DNA from: Archangium sp.
Lineage (GTDB): Bacteria > Myxococcota > Myxococcia > Myxococcales > Myxococcaceae
Assembly: GCA_031367385.1 (NCBI GenBank)
Contig: JANLPS010000556.1
Coordinates: forward strand, 1-43,828
DNA: 43,828 nt
Reading direction: 5' to 3'
Within the stretch, counting starts at the first letter, position 1; every line of letters starts with the position of its first letter. Shown here piece by piece: positions 28,115-36,808 of the stretch. The notes beneath the pieces are model-generated. The model saw only the letters and a list, made by a program, of their open reading frames with translations. It searched no databases and was not told the DNA's origin. Made by a program: the position numbers and the translations under genes.

Positions 28115-28879
28115 TCACCGCCCCAGCCACTTGGGAGCCCGCTTCTCGCGAAACGCCCGGGGCCCCTCCTGCGCGTCTTCGCTCAAATACGCGGGCTCGA
28201 AGAGCGCTTCGGCCCGGGCAAAGGCCTCTTCGCGGGGCATGTTCGCCGTCTCGTAGACCATCGCCTTGCCCGCCATCACTGAAAGCGGCGCATTGCCGGC
28301 GATTCGCTCGGCCAGGGCCTGGGCACGGGTGAGCAGGTCAGCCGCGGGTACGACCTCATTCACCAACCCCACCTCGTACGCACGCTTGGCGTCGATCGGG
28401 TCGGCCGTCATCAACAGCTGCAGGGCAATGCGGGCGGGTACCAATTGCGAGAGCGGTACGGCCCACGGGGCTCCACGGCCCCAGCGGGCCTCGGTGATGC
28501 CGAACTTCGCCGTCTCTGACGCGATGCAGAGGTCGCAGTTCTGCGCGAGCAAGAAACCGCCGCCGTAGGCCACGCCGTTGACCGCTGCGATGACTGGCTT
28601 TCGCAGCTTCACGTTGCGCCCCAGCTGCGGCAAAAAATGGAGCGGCGGCACCTTGAGCGAGACGTCGGCCATCTCTTTCAAGTCTCCGCCGGCGCTGAAG
28701 GCCTCGGTGCCTGCTCCGGTGAGCACCAGCACGGCCGCGCTCGGGTCGGCATCGAAGGCCGCGAAGCCCAAGAAGAGGCCCTCGCGCACCGCGGTGTTCA
28801 GCGCGTTCTTCGCGTCGGGGCGGTTGATGGTGAGCCAGGCGACGGGGCCTTTGCGCTCGTAGAGAACCTGTTCAGACAT
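28115..28879 (-). CDS. Enoyl-CoA hydratase/isomerase (crotonase)
   Basis: LTINRP..KNAL, FSAGGDL, KPVIAAVNG.AYGGG, FGITE, AFREKRAP. Confidence 0.95.
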   Translation of the reverse strand: MSEQVLYERKGPVAWLTINRPDAKNALNTAVREGLFLGFAAFDADPSAAVLVLTGAGTEAFSAGGDLKEMADVSLKVPPLHFLPQLGRNVKLRKPVIAAVNGVAYGGGFLLAQNCDLCIASETAKFGITEARWGRGAPWAVPLSQLVPARIALQLLMTADPIDAKRAYEVGLVNEVVPAADLLTRAQALAERIAGNAPLSVMAGKAMVYETANMPREEAFARAEALFEPAYLSEDAQEGPRAFREKRAPKWLGR

Positions 28880-28907
28880 TTCAAAAAGCCTTTCTTCGAC
28901 TGAAAAA

Positions 28908-30875
28908 TCAAATCGCTGCGACCACCACCGCCAACACATCGCCCGCCGCGACGGTGTCACCCGCCTTCACCGGCAATGCGCCCACCCGGCCACTCGTCGG
29001 AGCCGCGATGGCATGCTCCATCTTCATCGCCTCGAGCACCAGCAACAGCTGGCCCTTCTCGACCACCGCGCCAGGCTCGACCGTGACGCGAGTGACCTTG
29101 CCCGGCATCGGCGCGAGCAGCGACCCCGTCGCCACCTGCGTCTTCGCCTCGGGAAAACGCTCGACCTCGTCGAACGCAGAGTGCCCCAGCACGCTGTCGA
29201 CCCACACCTGACCCGCCGCGCGATGCACCTCGAAGCGCCGCCGCACGCCGTCGATGGTTGCGTCGAGCAGACCCGCCTCACACCGGTGCATTTCGAGCCC
29301 CTCGAGCGCCTGCCCATCGACCTCGACCCGCTGCGACCGGCCGAGCGAATACCCGACCGTCACGGTGCGCTCGTGATGCATGAGCTGATGCGTTTGAAGC
29401 TGCGAGACGTTGTTGCGAAAGCCCGATGGCATGAATGACGCGACGTGCGCCTGCGCCCGGCGACCGGCCTGCGCCGCGAGCACCGCCATCGCTGCGTGAA
29501 TCGACACCGTGCGCGCGGGCTCGACCTCGGCCAGCAGCACAGTGGGGGGCAAGCGCTGTAAAAAATGCGTATCGGTTTTGCCGGCGGCGAATTCAGGGTG
29601 CTCGAGAATCGAGACCAACAGCTCACGGTTGGTGCGCACGCCGTGAATTCGAGCCCGCCTCAACGCCGCCGCCAGCTTCGCAGTGGCCTCGGCCCGGGTC
29701 GGAGCATGGGCAATCACCTTCGCCAGCATCGAGTCGTAGTGAATCGACACTTCGCTGCCCGTCTCGAACCCGCTGTCGACGCGCACCTCGCGTGGCAGCT
29801 CGAACAGGTGCAGGCGCCCGGAGGCGGGCAGGTACCCATTGAGCGGGTCTTCGGCGCACAGCCGGGCCTCGATGGCGTGACCTCGCCGGGTCGCGCCGGT
29901 GGCCTCGAGCGGCAAGCGCTCACCTTGCGCCACCACTATCTGCAAGCGCACCAGGTCGAGCCCGGTGACGAGCTCGGTCACCGGGTGCTCGACCTGCAGC
30001 CGCGTGTTCACCTCGAGAAAGAAGAACTCGCCGCTCGGAGCGACGATGAACTCCACGGTGCCTGCGCCGACGTAGCCGATCGCCTTCGCCGCAGCGACTG
30101 CCGCGTCACCCATCTTGGCGCGCAAGGTCTCATCGAGCGCGGGTGAAGGCGACTCCTCGATGATCTTCTGGTGCCGGCGCTGAATCGAGCACTCGCGCTC
30201 GAACAGGTGAATCGCGGTGCCCTGCGTGTCGCCGAAGATCTGCAGCTCGACGTGCCGAGGAGACTCGATGTACCGCTCGAGAAAGACGGTGTCGTTGCCG
30301 AATGCACCGTGTGCTTCTCGCTTGGCCGAGGCCACCGCGCTGCAGAGCTCACTGGGTTGATTGACGACCCGCATGCCACGGCCGCCACCGCCGAACGAAG
30401 CCTTGACCAGCACCGGGTAGCCGATGCGCTTGGCCTTCTCGAGCACCTGCTCATCCGACGCTCCAGCGATCTCCGCCCCGGGCACCACCGGCACGCCAGC
30501 GGCCTGCATGATGGCACGCGCCCCGACCTTCGAGCCCATCGCCTCGATGACTTTCGGAGGCGGCCCCACGAAGGTGAGACCCGCATCAACGACCCGCTGC
30601 GCGAAGGCGGCGCTCTCTGACAAGAACCCGTACCCGGGGTGAATCGCGTCGGCTCCGGTGCACTTCGCCGCGCTGAGCAGCTTCTCGACGTCGAGGTACG
30701 ACTGCGCCGGCGCAGCGGGCCCCAGCTTCACCGCTTCATCGGCGAAGGCCACGAAGGGCAGCTGCTCATCGGCCTCTGAATACACCGCCACCGTGGCAAT
30801 GCCCATCGACCGCGCCGTGCGCATGATTCGCAGCGCGATTTCGCCTCTGTTCGCGACCAGCAATTTTCGAATCAT
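28908..30875 (-). CDS. Acyl-CoA carboxylase alpha subunit (biotin carboxylase + biotin carrier), AtuF/AccA2-like
   Basis: KLLVANRGEIA, HPGYGFLSE, GGGGRGMR, ERECSIQRRHQK, NTRLQVEHPVTE, EAMKM. Confidence 0.95.
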   Translation of the reverse strand: MIRKLLVANRGEIALRIMRTARSMGIATVAVYSEADEQLPFVAFADEAVKLGPAAPAQSYLDVEKLLSAAKCTGADAIHPGYGFLSESAAFAQRVVDAGLTFVGPPPKVIEAMGSKVGARAIMQAAGVPVVPGAEIAGASDEQVLEKAKRIGYPVLVKASFGGGGRGMRVVNQPSELCSAVASAKREAHGAFGNDTVFLERYIESPRHVELQIFGDTQGTAIHLFERECSIQRRHQKIIEESPSPALDETLRAKMGDAAVAAAKAIGYVGAGTVEFIVAPSGEFFFLEVNTRLQVEHPVTELVTGLDLVRLQIVVAQGERLPLEATGATRRGHAIEARLCAEDPLNGYLPASGRLHLFELPREVRVDSGFETGSEVSIHYDSMLAKVIAHAPTRAEATAKLAAALRRARIHGVRTNRELLVSILEHPEFAAGKTDTHFLQRLPPTVLLAEVEPARTVSIHAAMAVLAAQAGRRAQAHVASFMPSGFRNNVSQLQTHQLMHHERTVTVGYSLGRSQRVEVDGQALEGLEMHRCEAGLLDATIDGVRRRFEVHRAAGQVWVDSVLGHSAFDEVERFPEAKTQVATGSLLAPMPGKVTRVTVEPGAVVEKGQLLLVLEAMKMEHAIAAPTSGRVGALPVKAGDTVAAGDVLAVVVAAI

Positions 30876-30879
30876 CTCT

Positions 30880-32478
30880 TCACATCCGAAAGACGCCGTA
30901 GCCGCGTTGACCGCGCACCACGTTCGAGTGACAGGCCGAGAGCGAGAGCCCCAGCACGGCGCGGGTATCGCGAGGGTCGATGATGCCGTCGTCGTAGACC
31001 CGGCCCGACATCGAGAAAGACTGCGATTCGTGTTCAATCTGCTCGGTGAGCGCCGCCCGCCGCTCGGCATCGGCCTTCTCGTCGAACTCGCGGCCAGCTG
31101 ACTTCGCCGCGCCCCGTGCCACAATCGACATCACGCCAGCCAGCTGCTCGGGGCCCATGATGGCGGTCTTGGCGCTGGGCCACAGGTACAAGAACCGCGG
31201 GTCGTACGAGCGCCCGCCCATCGCGTAGTTGCCCGCTCCGTACGACGCGCCGAGGTGCACGGTGAGGTGGGGCACGGTGCTGTTGGTGACCGCGTTGATC
31301 ATCTTGGCGCCGTCTTTGATGATGCCTCGCTGCTCGTAGGCCTTGCCGACCATGAAGCCCGTCGTGTTCTGCAAGAACAGCAGCGGGGTGTCGATTTGGT
31401 TGCTCAGTTGAATGTGCTCGGTCGCCTTCTGCGCCTCTTCGTTGAACAGCACGCCACGCTCGTTGACCAAGATGCCCACCGGGTAGCCGCACAGGTGCCC
31501 CCAGCCGGTGACCAGCGAGGTGCCGTACATCGGCTTGTACTCCTCGAAGCGCGAGTCATCGAGCAGGCGCGCGAGCACCTCACGCGGGTCGAACGGCGTC
31601 TTGAGGTTGCTCGAGACCACTCCCAGAATTTCGTCGGGGTCGTAGCGGGGCGGCGTCGCTGCTGCCGACGGGCCCGGGCCCAGCTTGCGCCAGTTGAGGT
31701 GCGAGACGATGTCTCGGCCGATGCGAATGCAGTCGCGCTCGTCGACGGCGAAGTAGTCACCCAGCCCCGAGGTGCGGTTGTGCATGCGCGCACCGCCCAG
31801 CTCTTCTTCGTTCGCGTCTTCTCCCGTCGCCATCTTCACCAGCGGAGGCCCACCCAAGAACACCCGCGCGTTGTCTTGCACCAGCACCGCGTAGTCGCAC
31901 ATGCCAGGCACGTAGGCGCCACCGGCGGTGGAGTTGCCGAACACCAACGCAACGGTGGGTATGCCCATCGCCGAGAGCTTGGTGAGGTCGTGAAATAACT
32001 TGCCCGCGGGCAGAAAGAGCTCGGCTTGCGAGCCCAGGTCAGCGCCGCCCGACTCGACCAGGTTCACCACCGGCAGGCGGTTTTCGGCGGCGATGGTCAT
32101 CGCCCGCAGCACCTTCTTCCAGGTGTAGGGGTTCGACGCTCCCCCGCGAACCGTCGGGTCGTTGGCGACCAGCACGCACTCGACGCCGCTGACCACGCCG
32201 ATGCCGGTGACGATGCTGCCTCCGGTCGCGAACTCGGTGCCCCAGGCGGCCAGGCTCGAAAATTCGAGAAAGGGGCCGTCGGGGTCGACCAACAGCTCGA
32301 TTCGCTCTCGGGGCATCATTCGCCCGCGCTGCCGGTGCCGCTCGACGTACTTGGCGCCGCCCCCCGCCCGCGCGATGGCCTGCTGGGCCTCGTGCTCTGC
32401 CAGCCGGGCCAGCTGCGCCGCGCGATTCTCGCGGTAGGCCTCGCTTCGAGGGTCGAGCGTGGAGCGAAGAATGGTCAT
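30880..32478 (-). CDS. Acyl-CoA carboxylase carboxyltransferase (beta) subunit, AtuC/AccD2-like
   Basis: RERIELLVD, ANDPTVRGG, ESGGA, STAGGAY, GGPPLVK, GAGNYAM, GVFRM terminus. Confidence 0.93.
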   Translation of the reverse strand: MTILRSTLDPRSEAYRENRAAQLARLAEHEAQQAIARAGGGAKYVERHRQRGRMMPRERIELLVDPDGPFLEFSSLAAWGTEFATGGSIVTGIGVVSGVECVLVANDPTVRGGASNPYTWKKVLRAMTIAAENRLPVVNLVESGGADLGSQAELFLPAGKLFHDLTKLSAMGIPTVALVFGNSTAGGAYVPGMCDYAVLVQDNARVFLGGPPLVKMATGEDANEEELGGARMHNRTSGLGDYFAVDERDCIRIGRDIVSHLNWRKLGPGPSAAATPPRYDPDEILGVVSSNLKTPFDPREVLARLLDDSRFEEYKPMYGTSLVTGWGHLCGYPVGILVNERGVLFNEEAQKATEHIQLSNQIDTPLLFLQNTTGFMVGKAYEQRGIIKDGAKMINAVTNSTVPHLTVHLGASYGAGNYAMGGRSYDPRFLYLWPSAKTAIMGPEQLAGVMSIVARGAAKSAGREFDEKADAERRAALTEQIEHESQSFSMSGRVYDDGIIDPRDTRAVLGLSLSACHSNVVRGQRGYGVFRM

Positions 32479-32567
32479 GCCCGCTCACCTTTCTTGGTGC
32501 GGGTCGGCTTTCACCAACCCGGCGAAAAAAATGTTCGATGAAGACGTCGGCAATCTCTGCCGCGCGC

Positions 32568-34799
32568 CTACCCGGTGTTGCCCTTGCGGTAGAGCTCTCG
32601 AAACGTCGGAGACTTCGCCAACACCATCGCCAGCGGCCCGATTGCTTCGACCTCGCCTTTTTCAATCACCACGATGCGGTCGGCGCGCTCGATGGTCGAC
32701 ATGCGGTGCGCGATGACGATGCGCGTGCACCCCAGGTTGCGAACCACCTCGTCGATTCGACGCTCGGTCGAGGTGTCGACGGCGCTGGTCGCCTCATCGA
32801 GCAGCAACAATTTCGGCTTTCGCAGCAGCGCGCGAGCCAGCGACAGCCGCTGACGCTGGCCACCCGAGAACACCGCGAAGTTCGAGATGATGGTGTCGTA
32901 CCCCAGCGGCAACGCGACGATCTCGTCGTGAATCTGGGCCAGCTTCGCCGAGGTGTGAACCTGCTCGAGGCCGATCGCCGGGTCGCCGACCGTCAGGTTG
33001 TCGCGAATCGACTGAGAGAACAGGTACGGCCGCTGCGGCACGTAGCCTATCTGCCCACGCACGCTCGAGAGCTCGAGCCGCGCCAGATCTTCGCCGTCGT
33101 ACTCGACCTGGCCTTCGGTGGGCTCAGCCAGCCCGGTCAAAAGGCTCGCCAGCGTCGACTTGCCACAACCAGAACGCCCGACGATCGCGATGAACTCGCC
33201 AGGCGCGATGCTGATGTTCACGTTGCGCAACACCATCGGGGTCAGCGGGCTGTAGCGAAAGCTCACGTTCACCAGCGACACCGCGCCGGTCAGCTGGGGC
33301 GCCACCCGCCGTTTGCTCAAGTCTTGCTCTGAAGGCGCCAACAGCACGTCGTCGATGCGCTCGAGGTAGGCCTGCAGCCGGGGCAGGGCCGCCATCGTCA
33401 GCGTCAGCGAAGCCAGGGGCGTCAGCGCCGCGGCGCCGAGCGACGAGAGCGAGAGCATCTGCCCGATGCCCATCGCGCCCGTGCGAACCTTCAGCGTGCC
33501 CAAAAGCAGAATCGTCAGTGGCGCCGCATACCGCAGCATGCCCTGCAGCGAGTCGGAGACCGCCGCCACCATGTCTGACTCGGTGCGCACCTTGGCCATG
33601 TCGACGACGCCATTCATCACGCCGGTCACGCGCTTGCTCTCGAGCCCGAGGCTCTTGATCGTCTCGAACCCGTAGACCGATTCAGCCGATTCGGCGGCCA
33701 GCCGTCGCCCTGAATACAGCTCGAGCGCCGCCAGCTTGTTGAGCCGCAGCATCGACCAGAACGCGACTCCGAAGTGCAGGCTGAACGCGAAGAGCACGGT
33801 GAACCCCATCGAGGGCTCGGTCAGCATCAAGATGGTCACGAACACCAGCGCCATGCCACCGTCGACCACCGCGTTGAGCGTGGCCGAGCTGATGGTTTGC
33901 AGCACCGAGTCGATGCCGCTGTTCATGAAGGCGATGTCACCCGCCTGCCGGTCGTAGATGAAGCTCATCGGCGCGCCGAGCAGTCGCTCTTGAAAGTCGA
34001 CCCGCATCTTCAGACCGACCCGCATCATCATCAGCGAGGCCAGCCGGCTGCGAACCAGCAGCGCGAGAAAATAGAACAAGCTGACCACCGCCGCCGCCAC
34101 GCCCGCCACCGAGAGCATTCGGTCGTCGGCTTGCGGCACGATGCGCCCCACCACCAGCCCGGTGACCGCTGGCATCGCGAAGGCCAGCACCTGCAGGGTC
34201 AAGGCGATGACGACGATGCGGCTCCAGGCCGTGTCGTTGGTCAGCTCGTCGATCAGCCGCAGCAGCGCCAGTCGCTTGCCTTTTCGTTTGACGAAGTCGA
34301 CGCCCGGCTCGAGCAACAGCGCGACGCCGGTGAAGGCCTTGCCCGTCTCTTCCCAGCTCAGGTGCAGCCGGCCGAGTGCGGGGTCAGAGAGGTGAACCCC
34401 GCGGTCGTCCGTTCGCTCCAGCACCACGAAGTGCCAGAAGTTCCAGTGAAGAATGCTGCCGGGGGGCAGAATCTGCAGGTCCGCCAGGTCGATCGCCACC
34501 GCGCGACCGCGCAAGCCGAAAGCCTGAGCCGTTTGCAGCAGCTGCTCGACGCTCACGCCGACGCCGGAGGTCGCCAACAGCTGGCCGCGAATCTCTTCGA
34601 TGGTGGTGGGGCGGCCGTAGTAGCCCAGGTTCATCGCCAGGCAGGCCAGCCCGCAATCGGTCGCCTTGACCTGCTGCACGTACGGCAGACGGGTGACGCG
34701 CAGGCGCCCGAGCACCTGATTGAACTGGGGGTACTTCTCTACCAGCGTGTCGAAGAATCCGGCCAAAAGGTCTCCCGTTACAGAATGCTGCGCAGCCAC
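32568..34799 (-). CDS. Peptidase C39-containing ABC transporter (PCAT)
   Basis: QQ..TDCGLACLAM, HW..WHFVV, DPA (C39 C/H/D); TMD; GRSGCGKS, FSGGQ, LLLLDE, AHR. Confidence 0.95.
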   Translation of the reverse strand: MAAQHSVTGDLLAGFFDTLVEKYPQFNQVLGRLRVTRLPYVQQVKATDCGLACLAMNLGYYGRPTTIEEIRGQLLATSGVGVSVEQLLQTAQAFGLRGRAVAIDLADLQILPPGSILHWNFWHFVVLERTDDRGVHLSDPALGRLHLSWEETGKAFTGVALLLEPGVDFVKRKGKRLALLRLIDELTNDTAWSRIVVIALTLQVLAFAMPAVTGLVVGRIVPQADDRMLSVAGVAAAVVSLFYFLALLVRSRLASLMMMRVGLKMRVDFQERLLGAPMSFIYDRQAGDIAFMNSGIDSVLQTISSATLNAVVDGGMALVFVTILMLTEPSMGFTVLFAFSLHFGVAFWSMLRLNKLAALELYSGRRLAAESAESVYGFETIKSLGLESKRVTGVMNGVVDMAKVRTESDMVAAVSDSLQGMLRYAAPLTILLLGTLKVRTGAMGIGQMLSLSSLGAAALTPLASLTLTMAALPRLQAYLERIDDVLLAPSEQDLSKRRVAPQLTGAVSLVNVSFRYSPLTPMVLRNVNISIAPGEFIAIVGRSGCGKSTLASLLTGLAEPTEGQVEYDGEDLARLELSSVRGQIGYVPQRPYLFSQSIRDNLTVGDPAIGLEQVHTSAKLAQIHDEIVALPLGYDTIISNFAVFSGGQRQRLSLARALLRKPKLLLLDEATSAVDTSTERRIDEVVRNLGCTRIVIAHRMSTIERADRIVVIEKGEVEAIGPLAMVLAKSPTFRELYRKGNTG

Positions 34800-35767
34800 G
34801 GCGCGAGCAGCACCACCAACCGTACTTGTCTGACCGGCACCTCGGCCATCGCTGGCATGCCGTCATGAAACCCCAACTCTCGACCATCGACGGTGAACGA
34901 GGTGCCTTCGATTTCGCCCTGCACCAAGGTCACGGGCCCTTCTACCAAAACCGAGTCAGACACGTCGGGCCCCAAGAAGCGCCGCGCTTCGGCAGGCCCG
35001 ATGACCTGCTGCGAGACGTCGACCACCCGAACCGTCTGGTAGGCATACGAATACCCCACCAACTCGACGCGCAGCGGCATGCCCGGCTGCACCTCGGGGC
35101 GTGAAGACCCCGGCAGCAGCGCCATCACCCGAAACTTCGGCTCGAGCTCGAGCAGCGAGATGATCGGCACGCCCGCGGCGACATACTGGCCTTCGCGCGC
35201 GCGCACATCGCTAACCCGGCCCGCCTTGACGGCTCGAATCGAACGCTCGAGCAGCTTGGCCCGCGCCAGATCTCGCTGGGCGCGCAGCCCAATCAAGGTC
35301 TCACGCGAAACCCGGTCGCTCCGCTCGAGCAGCGAGCGCGCCAGCTGTTGGTCGAACTCGCCATCGAGCCGCGCCAGGTCGGCGACCTCTTGCTCGTCGT
35401 TGAGCCGCAGCATCACCTGGCCCTCGTTGACCAGCTGCCCCGGCGCCACCAGCACCGCCGCCACCTGCCCGGCCGAGCGCGTCGTCACCACCGTCTTCGA
35501 CGACGCGGCGATGATCGCCGGCCCACGGCTGTATTCATTGACCCGGGCGAAGGCCGCCATGATCACCACCGTGATGAGAAAGGCCGCCACCACCCAATAC
35601 GACGCGTGCAGCCAGAGCGGGGCGATCTGCAAGACGTCGCCGTACTTGCGCTTGGGGGCCCGCGCTTCTTCGACCGCTTCGAGCCGGTAGATGCCGTGTC
35701 GTTGATCGGGGGCGTCGTCTTCGCGGTCGGCGTCGAGCGTTCTTGACGGGTCTTCTTCGCTCATCAA
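34778..35767 (-). CDS. HlyD-family membrane fusion protein
   Basis: TM helix, biotinyl-like halves (GQLVNEGQVML; IRAVKAGRV..EGQYV..G.P), coiled coil. Confidence 0.85.
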   Translation of the reverse strand: MMSEEDPSRTLDADREDDAPDQRHGIYRLEAVEEARAPKRKYGDVLQIAPLWLHASYWVVAAFLITVVIMAAFARVNEYSRGPAIIAASSKTVVTTRSAGQVAAVLVAPGQLVNEGQVMLRLNDEQEVADLARLDGEFDQQLARSLLERSDRVSRETLIGLRAQRDLARAKLLERSIRAVKAGRVSDVRAREGQYVAAGVPIISLLELEPKFRVMALLPGSSRPEVQPGMPLRVELVGYSYAYQTVRVVDVSQQVIGPAEARRFLGPDVSDSVLVEGPVTLVQGEIEGTSFTVDGRELGFHDGMPAMAEVPVRQVRLVVLLAPWLRSIL

Positions 35768-36684
35768 TGCGCTCCTTCGAGATACACGCGCACCATCGCA
35801 CCAAACGGAGGCCCACCGTCAGGCACCGACAACAAGGCCTCCGCCACTCGGGTCATTGACGCCGGGTCGAGCGAGGGCGCCAGCTCGGTAATCGTACCGT
35901 GCCAGCTCTGCCCACCAGACGGCAGCCGCACCACCACCCCGCCGTCACGCACCACGCCCAGCTCTTCGCCCTCGGGCACCGCGAAGCGCACCCGCCAGCT
36001 CGCCTGCCCGACCAGCCGCAGCACCACCGTGCCCACCGACACCGTCGCGCCGGGGTCGAGAAACCGGTCTGAGACCACGCTGTCAACCGGCGCGCGCAGC
36101 GAGCGCTGGGTCAGCCGCTCGCGCAGCTGTTCTTCTTTGGCCAGGTCTTGCGCCCGCCGGGCCCGCAGCGCCTTTTCATTGGTGATGGCGAACCGCGCCG
36201 CGTACCGGGCACTCGAGAGCTCTTCGATGTTGAGGTGCTCGGCCGCGCTCACCGCCCGCTTGCGGCGCTCCTCGGCCTGCTGGCGCTCGAGCACCGCCCG
36301 CTCGATGTCGGCGTTGTCGCGCGAGACTTGGGCCTGCGCCATCGCCAATTCATGACGCAAATCAGCGCTCTCCAGCGTCGCCACCACCTGACCCTGCGCG
36401 ACGCTCTCGCCCATGCGGGCGTTGACGGTGAGAATGGTGCCCTCTTGCAGTGAGCTGACGTCGACCGTCGAGCTGCTCACCACCACGCCGACGAAGCCGG
36501 CGTCACCATTGGCCACGGCCTCCGGAGGCACGTCGCGGCTCAGGCCGGGAGCGTCATGTGGCGGAGGCGCCTCCATGGGCCTGGTGGCGACCGAAACGGT
36601 GACCGCCAGAACCGTGGTCAACCCGGCGATGGCAGTCACGAGAATGGCGGAGGAGGAGACTCGCACGAAAGGAGGCCGGAGCAT
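35764..36684 (-). CDS. RND-type periplasmic adaptor (second MFP)
   Basis: GESVAQGQVVATL, coiled-coil hairpin, LRAPVDSVV, VRFAVPE, G.ITELAPSLDP. Confidence 0.85.
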   Translation of the reverse strand: MLRPPFVRVSSSAILVTAIAGLTTVLAVTVSVATRPMEAPPPHDAPGLSRDVPPEAVANGDAGFVGVVVSSSTVDVSSLQEGTILTVNARMGESVAQGQVVATLESADLRHELAMAQAQVSRDNADIERAVLERQQAEERRKRAVSAAEHLNIEELSSARYAARFAITNEKALRARRAQDLAKEEQLRERLTQRSLRAPVDSVVSDRFLDPGATVSVGTVVLRLVGQASWRVRFAVPEGEELGVVRDGGVVVRLPSGGQSWHGTITELAPSLDPASMTRVAEALLSVPDGGPPFGAMVRVYLEGAH

Positions 36685-36808
36685 GACGAAGCGGCGCGGA
36701 TGATCAAGTTCTCAAAGGCCCTCGAAGCCGACTCTGCGGCCAGGGCATACATCTTCGCGCAATCGAACCTTGGACATCGTCGCGCCGAGAGGCGACACTT
36801 GAGACCAC

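Noticed and set aside
36685..36808. Sigma54 -24/-12 promoter for the exporter operon
   Set aside because: No convincing TGGCAC-N5-TTGC match; the nearest candidate has wrong spacing.
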